This document shows, one piece after another, positions 13,701-25,700 of a DNA stretch of 64,000 nucleotides (positions are counted from its first letter, which is position 1; each line of letters starts with the position of its first letter). Location of the stretch: positions 5,036 to 69,035 of the forward strand of contig NIVC01000578.1 of the NCBI GenBank assembly GCA_002269645.1, in the 5' to 3' direction. The stretch is from Macrostomum lignano. Its lineage: Eukaryota. The notes beneath the pieces are model-generated. The model saw nothing but the letters and a program-made list of their open reading frames with translations. It did not search any database and was not told the DNA's origin. A program made the position numbers and the translations under genes.

Positions 13701-16700
13701 ATCGGCTTAACCAGTGAAATTTTCTGAGTTTTAATTCTCTGAGGTGTTACTTAATTAGTAGTGCCGCTGTCACTTGTCGCTCCTGTCACTAGTCACCGAA
13801 CCGTTAAAAACATTGATCACTCATCATTAATCATTATTTACACATCAACAGTTTTTCCCCAATGACTGAAAGTTTTTGTTTTACCGAGAATACCCAATCT
13901 TTACATTGCATTGTCGCAGCTGGTCAATTCGACATTCCCAGTTTATTCTCTCAATAAACTGTAGCGTTTTAGACAATATACTTGCGATCGTGTGATAATG
14001 ATAGCTTAGTTTCACGTTTTTCCTCAACCAATTTCAAAGTACACAATATACTTTGAAAAAATCGGTCTCGAGTTCTCCCCATCAGTACCCGGTGGTCCGC
14101 GCCAGTTATTTTTGCAATCGGGAGCTGCCCGTGGAAGCAAAATCCGGTCTGGCGCAGCTGGCCAAGGCAGCGCTGCCGAAATCCCCCTCCCCGCCCAGCG
14201 CAGCTTTGACTCTGATGGCAGCTAAGGGGATTTCGCGCCTGAGAAATGCATAGTGGGGATCGGCAGTGCTGCACTCTGTTGTGTCCCCACACTCGCTGGC
14301 CCTGTAATCACTGCTCTCACTGATGCTGCCGCGTCTCCCCACCCCCCCCCCCCAACTCGCTGTGTTTTTTGCTCCGCAGCCGTGCTCATTCATTCCTTCA
14401 TCGGCCCCGGGGGGGGGCTGTGACAGACTGCATGGCTGACTGGCTGGCTGGCTCGGTTTCAATCAGGCAGCGCAGATGAAGCAGAGAGGCTGCTGCAGCT
14501 CTGCCATCGGATATAATTTCAATCCGGTCCGCAGCGCCATGCGCGGTAATTACTCGAGGAGGGGGGAGGCTGATGAGGCGCACCACGCACACGCGCACTG
14601 GGCCGGCTTTGGTTCCCATCGGGTCGGCTTCTCCACTTCCCGGCCTGCTGCTGGTGTGCGGTTTCCGCCAGTGTGTGCCGAGGGCTGCGGGCCCGCGCGC
14701 TTCATCGGCTGCGGACAATGCGGAAGCGATCTGGGGGATTCTGCTCCCCCATTCAAATCTGCCGGTGCTGCTTTCTGCTCTTCTGAGCAGCTCATCAGCT
14801 CCGCGTGTTGCAGAATTCGCATATAGAGCTTGTGTAGGCATGTCCGGGTGACGGATGGCGTGCTGTCTTCAGGTTTGTGTAGGCATGTCCGGGTGACGGA
14901 TGGCGTGCTGTCTTCAGGTTTGTGTAGGCATGTCCGGGTGACGGATGGCGTGCTGTCTTCAGGTTTGTGTAGGCATGTCAGGGTGACGGATGGCGTGCTG
15001 TCTTCAGGTTTGTGTAGGCATGTCAGAGTGACGGATGGCGTGCTGTCTTCAGGTTTGTGTAGGCATGTCCGGGTGACGGATGGCGTGCTGTCTTCAGGTT
15101 TGTGTATGCATGTCCGGGTGACGGATGGCGTGCTGTCTTCAGGTTTGTGTATGCATGTCCGGGTGACGGATGGCGTGCTGTCTTCAGGTTTGTGTATGCA
15201 TGTCCGGGTGACGGATGGCGTGCTGTCTTCAGGTTTGTGTAGGCATGTCCGGGTGACGGATGGCGTGCTGTCTTTAGGTTTGTGTAGGCATGTCCGGGTG
15301 ACGGATGGCGTGCTGTCTTCAGGTTTGTGTAGGCATGTCCGGGTGACGGATGGCGTGCTGTCTTCAGGTTTGTGTAGGCATGTCAGGGTGACGGATGGCG
15401 TGCTGTCTTCAGGTTTGTGTAGGCATGTCCGGGTGACGGATGGCGTGCTGTCTTCAGGTTTGTGTAGGCATGTCCGGGTGACGGATGGCGTGCTGTCTTC
15501 AGGTTTGTGTAGGCATGTCCGGGTGACGGATGGCGTGCTGTCTTCAGGTTTGTGTAGGCATGTCAGGGTGACGGATGGCGTGCTGTCTTCAGGTTTGTGT
15601 AGGCATGTCAGGGTGACGGATGGCGTGCTGTCTTTAGGTTTGTGTAGGCGTGTCAGGATGACGGATGGCGTGCTGTCTTCAGGTTTGTGTAGCATGTCAT
15701 TGTGACCTACCGTACATGTATTCTTTGACGCTTTTGTTTCATCTTACTAATCATAGAAAGATTTATTAGACTGTGTAAGTCAGGAGTTCAGATGAGTTGT
15801 TACCTACAGCTAACAACAAACTTTCGAATTTGGGACCTGAGGGGTTGCTGGAATCTCAGCAGCTTATAGCAGCGCTGCTAGAAGCGTCTGATAGAAGCTT
15901 CAGTAAGCAGCTGACAGAGGTGAGGACTCTGAGCCACTGGGCACGCGCAGAGTTTCTCATACACTTCTTAACTCGGCGTGTTAGCTCAGCACAGCTCAGC
16001 CCACCGCCCCTGTAGGACTCAGCTAAGCACCCAAGGTGAGCCGTGGTGAGGCGGCGGTAAAAGTCCCGCACTGACTGGCCCCGGCCTCAGTGGGGGAGCA
16101 GCTCCCCCTTAATCCCGAGCAGGCCATAAGTGGAATTGGGCATTTCACTTTTTACACTTTTATGACCTGCGATCGCCTTCTGCCGCCTTCTACGCTGCCC
16201 CCCCCCCCCCCGCGTGTGGGACTTCGCGGCAAGGCCTGGATGCCCGCAGCTGCCTCCTCCCTCGCTTATCTTCCTACGGTTGTCTTTCCCCCTCCAGTCG
16301 GGGCTAAATTTATCCCTGAAACAGCTTCCTACCGCTTGTACTCCCATCGATCCCTGATCCCCTGGGGAAGTTCCGGGTGGCAACTCGAACGCCTGTCTGC
16401 CTGCCAGGCCGCCACGAAGAAGCTGAAAATAAACAGAAGCTGCAGCGCGACCCCGCCGCTCACCTGGCGCCTTCCAGCGCATCTTTCAGTTGAAACCTCT
16501 GCTTTTTGGAAGCAATTTTAGAGAGCCAAAGCGCCGCAAGCTAACGCTGCCTCTCTCTGCCCCCCTCTGCACTCTCGCTGAACAGCTTCCAGTGGCTCAG
16601 CGGGCGGCAGCCTTCGACAGTCGCGACCGCGGCAGCGTCGACTGCGTCAGCGGCGGCACTCGCTGTCGGCTGTTGGAGAGGCGCACTTGGACGGCGAACT

Positions 16701-19700
16701 GAACGGTTGGACTAGGTGAGTAACGGCAGATGTGTGAATTAAAAATCTAGGTCTGTGAATGAGCAATGCAGATGTGTGAATGAGGACTTCAGGTGTGTGA
16801 ATGAGAAGTTCAGATGTGTGAATGAGAAGTTTGGATGTGTGATTGAGCAATTCAGATGTGTGAATGACTATTTCAGATGTGTGAATGAGGACTTCAGATG
16901 TGTGAATTAGGAATTTAGATGTGTGAATGACTATTTCAGATGTGTGAATTAGGAATTTAGATGTGTGAATGACTATTTCAGATGTGTGAAGGAGGAGTTC
17001 AGATGTGTGAATGAGGAGTTCAGATGTGTGAATGAGGAGTTCTGATATGTGAATGAAGAATTCAGATGCGTGAATGAGGAATTCAGGTGTGTGAATGAGG
17101 AATTCAGGTGCGTGAATGAAGAGTTCAGATGTGTGAATGAGGGAATGCTAATAATAAACACAGCCAGAGACAAGAAAAGCCACATAATAGAGGCCAATAG
17201 GCAATATGGGTGATGGCCAATGGTCCAGTTTCTAAGCCATAGCACTCATTATTCAAGAAATTTCAACTCTTTCATTCCGGATCGCGGAAGTCATTCGATC
17301 TGCGCCTTGCGATTTTCTCCGGCGGTCAATGCGGCCGGTCTGCCTCCCCCGGGACCGTCGGTGGACCGGCCGAAGTCTCCCACGGCAGGATGCGTACTGG
17401 AATTCTTTCAAGTCGCCGGCCTCCCATTTCCCCTCACTAAAAGGTCCGGGTCAGAGATCCGCAATGCCTATTTGCTATTCAAAGCGGCCTCAAATCTCCC
17501 TTAACTCCCGTCGGACTCAAACCGGCAACCTACCAACGCGAGTCTGGGGTTCGAATCTTAGTCCAACTTCTTCCTGGCCTCCTCCGTTGCCCCCCCCCCA
17601 GACTCTCCGCTCGTTTATCGGTCGACTTGCCGCCACGCATCGCTGACTCAAATCTGCTCAGCCTGCCCAGGCCTGAGCGCTGCGGCAGCCTCGGCCAAGC
17701 AGCATGCAGGAGCCGGACTTCCTGCCCCTCAGCTGCCTGACAGGGGACTCTCCCCTCTCCCCCTCTCCTTCTCTCTCCCTCTCTCCCTCTCTCCCTGTCT
17801 GCCTCTATCTCCCTCTCCCCCTCTCGCCCTCTCCCTCTCTTCCCCTCTCCCTCTCTTCCCATCTCCCTCTCACCCTCTCTCCCTCTCTCCCCCTCTCCCT
17901 CTCTCCCCCTCTCCCTCTCTCCCCTCTCCCCCTCCCCCTCTCCCTCTCTCCCCATCTCCCTCTCTCCGCCTCCACCTCTCTCTCCCCTCTCCCTCTCTCC
18001 CCCTCTCCCTCTCTCCCCCTCTCCCTCTCTCCCCTCTCCCTCTCTTTCCCTCTCCTCTCTCCCCCTCTCCCTCTCTCCCCCTCTCCTCTCTCCCCCTCTC
18101 CCTCTCTCCCCCTCTCCTCTCTCCCCTCTCCCTCTCTCCCCTCTCCCTCTCTCCCCCTCTCCCTCTCTCCCCCTCTCCCCTCTCCCCCCTCCCTCTCTCC
18201 CCTCTCCCTCTCTCCCCTCTCCCTCTCTCCCCTCTCCCTCTCCTCCTCTGCCCCTCTCTCCTCTCTCCCCCTCTCCCTCTCTCCCTCTTTCCCCTCTCCC
18301 TCTCTCCCCCTCTCCCTCTCTCCCCCTCTCCCTCTCCCCCTCTCCCTCTCCTCCTCTGCCCCCCTCTCTCTCTCCCCCTCTCCCTCTCTCCCCTCTCCCT
18401 CTCCTCCTCTGCCCCCCTCTCTCTCTCTCCCCCTCTCCCTCTCTTTCCCTCTCCCTCTCTCCCCCTCTCCCTCTCTCCCCCTCTCCCTCTCTCCCCTCTC
18501 CCTCTCCTCCTCTGCCCCCCTCTCCCTCTCTCCCCCTCTCTCCCTCTCTCCCCCTCTCCCTCTCTCCCCCTCTCCCTCTCTCCCCCTCTCCTCTCTCCCC
18601 TCTCCCCCCTCTCCCTCTCTCCCCTCTCCCTCTCTCCCCTCTCCCTCTCCTCCCTCTCTCCCCCTCTCCCCTCTCTCCCCCTCTCCCTCTCTCCCCTCTC
18701 CCTCTCTCCCCCTCTCCCTCTCTCCCCCTCTCCCTCTCTCCCCCTCTCCCTCTCTCCCCCTCTCCCTCTCTCTCCCCTCTCCCTCTCTCCCCTCTCCCCT
18801 CTCCCTCTCTCCCCCTCTCCCTCTCTCCCCCTCTCCCTCTCTCCCCTCTCCCTCTCTCCTCTCCCCCCTCTCCCTCTCTCCCCCTCTCCCTCTCTCCCCT
18901 CTCCCTCTCCTCCTCTGCCCCCTCTCCCTCTCTCCCCCTCTAATTCTCTCCTTCTCTCTCCCCGCCTCTCCCTATCTCTCTCTACCTCTCTCCGCTCCGT
19001 GTCTCCTACCTACCTCTCTGAAGCATCCTCTCACTCTTTCCCAATCTCTCCACTCTCCACTTCTCATTCTCACCCTGGATCTCCCTCTCCCGGTATCAAT
19101 TTCCTTCCCCTCCCTCCACCCCGCTAGCCCGGTGCCCCCCAGCAGCAGCCGCTGACCCCAGCAGCAGGAAGTCGCAAGGCGCTGCCGCGGTCTTGGTGGG
19201 ACTCGAGCAGCGGTGGCCGAGAGTGCAGCGGCGGCCGCGGTCACCGATCCGCCTGCCTCTGCCACTCCCTCTCGCTTCCCAGCTCCTCTCCGCCTCGCCA
19301 CTTCCCACTGGCTCTCCCCGAGCTGCCATGGGGATTTACGCGCCCTCTTCTCCCTTCCTGCCCTCGCCCCTCTGCCCCGCTACCGAAGGCCACACTTTCC
19401 CCGCCCCTTCTGCCAGTAAATATATAGAGGCTGCGGCCGAGGGCGGGCAGAGAGGAAGAAGAGGCCCAAGCCCCTCCCGTGCCGCAGCCGCATCCGCCGC
19501 AGTTTCCAAGCCCCATCGCCCCGAAACTGCTTGTTCCTCTTTGAACTGGCGGCCTGCAGCAGACAGCAAGAAGCAAGCGGAACGCAAGAAAAGTTTCTTT
19601 CTCCATCGCTGCCCCCAGGCGAAGCCGAGCCGTAGAATAAAGGAGACGCTTCCCCTTTTCCCCGCCGGGGCCGAGGCCTCCCCCGCATAGCAGCGGCACG

Positions 19701-22700
19701 CTAAACAGTTTATCCCTGCTCAGCGACTGAGCACTGCCTGCCCTACAAGAGGTGAGTTGAGCTGCCGCGCACTTCTGACCGATTAGCCATGCCTACAGGG
19801 TCCTCAGCTCAGAGCGGTGGCTCAATTTTCTTAATTAAATGGAAGCATTGCTTTTGCGAGCTTTCATCGCCTGAGCCAGCATGCAGTGTCTTCCGCTGGG
19901 CTTCTGTAGGTGGAACTTTCCAATTTGAAAAAATGGGCCGCTTATTTACCAACCCTGACACAAACCTTTCCCCAACACAAACTCATTCCCTGACATAAAC
20001 TCGTTCCCTGACACAAACTCGCTCCCTGACACAAACTCATTCCCTGACACAAACTCATTCCCTGACACAAACTCATTCCCTGACACAAACTCATTCCCTG
20101 ACACAAACTCATTCCCTGACACAAACTCATTCCCTGACACAAACGCATTCCCTGACACAAACTCATTCCCTGACACAAACTCATTCCCTGACACAAACTC
20201 ATTCCCTGACACAAACGCATTCCCTGACACAAACTCATTCCCTGACACAAACTCATTCCCTGACACAAACTCATTCCCTGACACAAACTCATTCCCTGAC
20301 ACAAACTCATTCCCTGACACAAACTCATTCCCTGACACAAACTCATTCCCTAACACAAGCCTCAGCACCTGTCACGCAGTCAAATGATTCTCAAGAGTCA
20401 GTCAATGAAATTTGACCAGTCAGGAACTGCCAAACCCACTTCAACAACCAGGCAAGAGCAGAAGTCTGTAAGCCAGTCAGACCTGAATGAAGACATGCGG
20501 CTGACAAAAACTAGCAAAGTTTACCATAGAAACCGGTAATTCCATCTGAACTAATTTGCTCTGACCAATCTGTGCTGGATTCCTCTGCCCCATGCTAACC
20601 TCTCATTCATAATTGCACAATTTTCTTTGATTTTTACTCGGGCCAAGATATTCCAGGAAATGCATGCAGCAGTGTTTGAGCACATGTCCTACTGCCCATA
20701 TATGCATGCCTAAACTGACTTGGTCAGGGTTTTACGACCTGCTCTCAACGTATTGACCGGGCTTGGGTGAATTTTTTTAACAAGAACTCGCGGCTGGAAT
20801 GCAAGTTTTTTTACTGTTTTCTCTTAGATTAGTTTCCGCTTCTTGGGCTGGGTGGGGCTGGCGCGCTGCGCTTAGAAATGCGCTGAGTTTGGCTGGCAGG
20901 GACTCGAGCCTTGGAATTGGGTTTGATTTGAGTGAGGCGGTGAGCGAGACAGTGAGTAAGGCAGTGACAGGCAGTGAGTGGGACAGCGAGTGAGATAGTG
21001 ACAGGCAGTGAGTGAGTGAGACAGCAAGTGAGTCAGCAAGTGAGACAGCAAGTGAGACAGCAAGTGAGACAGCAAATGAGTCAGCAAGTGAGACAGCAAG
21101 TGAGACAGCAAGTGAGACAGCAAGTGAGACAGCAAATGAGGCAAGTGAGACAGCAAGTGAGACAGCAAGTGAGACAGCAAGTGAGACAGCAAGTGAGACA
21201 GCAAGTGAGACAGCAAGTGAGACAGCAAGTGAGACAGCAAGTGAGTCAGCAAGTGAGTCAGTAAGTGAGACAGCAAGTGAGACAGCAAGTGAGACAGCAA
21301 GTGAGACAGCAAGTGAGATAGTGAGTCAGCAAGTGAGTCAGCAAGTGAGTCAGCAAGTGAGTCAGTAAGTGAGACAGTAAGTAAGGCCTGTGAATAAGGC
21401 TGTGGGTAAGAGGTTGAGTAAAACATAGAGTGAGGCAGTGGGTGAGGCAGTGAGAGAGGGGATGCGTTGAGCAGTTTGAAGACCCAGTTCAGGCTGGAGT
21501 TCTCAGCCCGGGCTCCGCAGGCCATCGGAGATGCCCCCCCCCCGATCCCAGGGCCATCATTCAAAGCTGATTAATTTCGCAGCTTATGGCACGAGCTCAG
21601 TTTCACAGGCGCCCCGCTCATCCCTGCCAGGGTTGTCTCAGATTTTCTGAGTCTGATGAATGCCCCGCCCAGGCTGAGCCCGCCGGGAGGGACAGGCAGG
21701 CAGGGGGAGAAAGGCTCGGGAAGAAATTATCCCGAAAATATCCCCCCGCTCGACATGGGAAATTGCGGCGCGAGGAAGTTCTTCCAATCTCCAGTTTATT
21801 AGAAATTATGCCTCGACCGCTTGCCCACTTTGGCCAGCCGTGATTGATGGCTGCGGCCTACCGGGCTTCCCCAGCAGCAGCTGATTGATCCCCGCCGCCC
21901 GGGGAGATAAAAATCCCCGGCTCCAGCAATCTCGGATTTTGTGGCCTTTGCTGGGCAAAAACCTGCAGGTTTCTTCCGACCTGATTTTGCCTGTCTAACA
22001 GGTGCAGATTGAGTCTGTCTAACAGGTGCAGATTGAGTCTGTCTAACAGGTGCAGATTGAGTCTGTCTAACAGGTGCAGATTGAGTCTGTCTAACAGGTG
22101 CAGATTGAGTCTGTCTAACAGGTGTAGATTATGCCTGTCTAACAGGTGTAGATTATGCCTGTCTAACAGGTGTATATTATGCCTGTCTAACAGGTTCAGA
22201 TTATGCCTGTCTAACAGATGTAGATTATGCCTGTCTAACAGGTGCAGATTGTGCCTGTCTAACAGGTGCAGATTGTGCCTGTCTAACAGGTGTATATTAT
22301 GCCTGTCTAACAGGTGTAGATTATGCCTGTCTAACAGGTGCAGATTGTGCCTGTCTAACAGGTGCAGATTGTGCCTGTCTAACAGGTGTATATTATGCCT
22401 GTCTAACAGGTGTAGATTATGCCTGTCTAACAGGTTCAGATTATGCCTGTCTAACAGATGTAGATTATGCCTGTCTAACAGGTTCAGATTATGCCTGTCT
22501 AACAGATGTAGATTATGCCTGTCTAACAGGTGCAGATTGTGCCTGTCTAACAGGTGCAGATTGTGCCTGTCTAACAGGTGCAGATTGTGTCTGTCTAACA
22601 GGTGTAGATTGTGCCTGTCTAACAGGTGCAGATTGTGTCTCTCCAACAGGTGCAGATTGCGCCTGTCTAACAGGTGCAGGTTTTGCCTTAACAGGTATCA

Positions 22701-25700
22701 GACGGTGGCCAGGACACAGAAGCAGTGGCCATTGTTATTTCGGGGCCTTATCAACCCAAATGAGGTGAGCATTACCCACCCAGCAGCCAGACAGATGCAG
22801 GCCCGCCTACAGACCCTGGACGGGTTGTCTGCTCTGGGAGACTGGCAAAAATTATGCATAGATGAGGCCGCATCCCGCTTTGCTCTAGGCCAGGGAGATC
22901 CTGAACCAGGATCTGGAAAGCCAGTTCTTCCTCAAATCCTCATTTTCCAGACGCGATTGGGCTGGCAGGTGCTTGATGTATATTTTTATTAACTCGATCT
23001 CATTTTAATGTTGACAAGAATTCTCAGCATCTCACTTCAAAGTCATCTCGATTTCCTAGATATGGACTGCGTAGTGCTTCCGATGGAACTCTAAAAAAGC
23101 AAAAAAATCTACATTTTTACAGGTACCGATAGATTTCATGACGTCCAACAGTTTGACTCCATTGTCTCCAATGACGGACACTGAGTCAGTCAGGAACCCC
23201 GCCAGGAAGTCTGGGGATTTGGCAGGAGTCCGCGCTCCAGACTCTGGTTCAAGGCCTCCTTGGCCAGGCCCTGTAATTTACCCCCCCCCCCCGAGACCGC
23301 ATCGGGGTGTGCGCTCACATTGATTGATGAAGCCAGGCCTGATTAAGATCGGCCAGGAGTCTGTGACGCATTTTGAGCAGCGCCGCATCGCCGGGTGAAT
23401 ATCGTCTGAGAGTAGTCGAACTTTGTTGTTCTTTGCTCCCAACGGGATAATTTTAGACCGACTCTGCTGACGCGCGGGGAGCAAGGGGGAGTATTTTCCT
23501 CTGGGATTCAGAAATAGCTCTTCCCCTCGCCCCCTCTCCCGCCTCCTCTTTCCTAAGGGCGGGGGCTGATCGATCAGCAGCATCATCATCGCTCTCAGGC
23601 ATCCCCCGATCTATTTATAGAAGCCGAGAGTTCGGGCTATTTTCGGGCAGGGGTTGCGTCACTGCTTGCAGAAGAGAGAGGGGGAATCCCGCCTAGGGCT
23701 GAGCTGCAGCTGGCAGAGCCGCCCCCGCTTATCCGACCCGGTTGAGCAGCTCCTGCGCTGCCAAATTTCTGTCTTTTTTTATCTCAGCTGCCTGCTGCGC
23801 CTTTCCGCCTCCACTTGCTGTGCCGCAGCCAGTTTGAATAGTGAGCTGATAAGCAGCAGGTTGGGGGGGGGGTCTTATCTCCTAGCGCTGACCCCGCAGA
23901 CAGACAGGCCCAGCTTGGAGACACCCGGCCCAGAGCTGGGGGTGCATTGTAGCTTCTCAGCCGAGCTGCTGCCACCTTCACCCCAACTCCCACTTCTCTT
24001 CAGTGCAGCTGACTTGGGATCTGGGAAAACCAGCAGCTGCCAGACTGGGAATCGATGGAGAGAAAAATCCCGCCTCGGAAGGCGTCTCTTGCGGAAACGT
24101 TTGACAATTTGCAGCAGAATCTGACATGAACTGGCGCCATCGCTTTGAGTATCAGGGATGCACCACTGTGTGTTAAATAGAATGCCTTAGGCTCTCTAAG
24201 CGTCAGGAATGTAACACTCTCTGCGCCTTTGGAGTTGGCCCTCACGGGTGGGTGGAACTCCATTTTCAAATGGAACTTTCTGTATCCCAACAGTTCACTT
24301 TTACACTGGCAGCATCATTTCTCAATGAAACAGAACGCTTGCATCGGAGATGAGCCGCAAATCCCGGCAGAGATAAGCAGCAGGCTCAGACCGCCTGCCG
24401 TCTGTCAGGGGGAGGCGGGGGAGGCAACGCCAGCCTGGGGAGGCCAAGGAGCAGCCTGTGTGACAGCGGCTCATTTGTACGGCCACCCAAAACCCCCTCA
24501 ACTGCTTCCCCCCAAAAAAGCCGGCCTGGCAACAAATCAGCCAAGCGGAAGGCGGTGACACCAGCCAGACTCCACTCTGCTCAGCTGCTCAGCTACCCCC
24601 CCCTCCTCCAGCCTGGCATTGGGGCGCGGTGGGCACCCAGTGGTAAAGGGCAGGGGATGACAAGCAGGCGGGCGGAACCAGAGCATAAAATAACAAGCGG
24701 CAGCCCGGCGCGCTACACCATCTTCATTCATATTCAAGTCACTTGACGAATTTCCGCAGGGAGCCCCGCCAGGTGCTGCTGAGCCTCGACCCCGGTTGCA
24801 GCAGCTCCGGCAGCAGCAGCGCCAACGGCAGCAGCGGCGGAGGCCCCGGCCTCGGCTTCAACATTGTCGGCGGCCAGGACGGCGCCGGCGTCTTCGTGAG
24901 CGGCCTGCTGCCAGGCGGCATCGCCGAGCGCTCCCGACGACTGCGCCGCGGTGACCAGCTGCTGGCGGTGAACGGCGCCGATCTCTGCCGGGCCGGACAC
25001 TGCGAAGCGGCCGCGGCTCTCAAATCGGCGGTCGCGGCGGCAGCAGCGGCAAGCAAAAGCGGCAAGGCGGGCGCGGTGCAGCTGCTGGTCGCCTACCGGC
25101 CAGAGGAGTTCACGCGGTTCCAAGCGCGGGTCCTGCGCGCCAAAGAGCTTCAGCAGCAACAGCAGGCAGCGGCCGCGGCGGCAGAGGCAATGCTCCCAAC
25201 GGCTGATGCTGACGGTGACGCGGACGTCGGCACGGCGACGCTGAAGACAACGCAGAAGCGCAGCGTCTACGTCCGAGCTGAGTTCGACTTCGACCCGGCG
25301 CGCGAGTCCGGGCTGCCGAACCGCGGCATCGCCTTCCGGCGCGGCGACATCCTGCACGTCACCAACGCCTCCGACGACGAGTGGTGGCAGGCGCGCCGAG
25401 TTGGCAACTCCGGCAGCCAGGCCAGCTTCGGCATCGTGCCGTCCAAGCGACGGGTTGAGCGGCGCGAGCGGGCAAAGCTGCGCAAAGTCAACTTCAACAA
25501 CAGCCGCAGCGGCAGCGGCGGAGGCGGCTCGACCGAGACCAGCCTCGACGGCAGCAGCGGCGGCAGAGGCGGCGGCGGCTCGCTGGACCGCAGCTCCGCC
25601 AAGAAGAAGCCGTCATTGCTGCAGCGGCTGCACATCGGCCACCACCACCACCACCACCATCACCACGACCACCAGTCCGGCCAGCAGCAGCGAAGCCTCC

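Noticed and set aside
17704-19155. 483-aa Ser/Pro/Leu ORF
   Set aside because: It is a translation of the CT-rich tract, which cannot contain stop codons.
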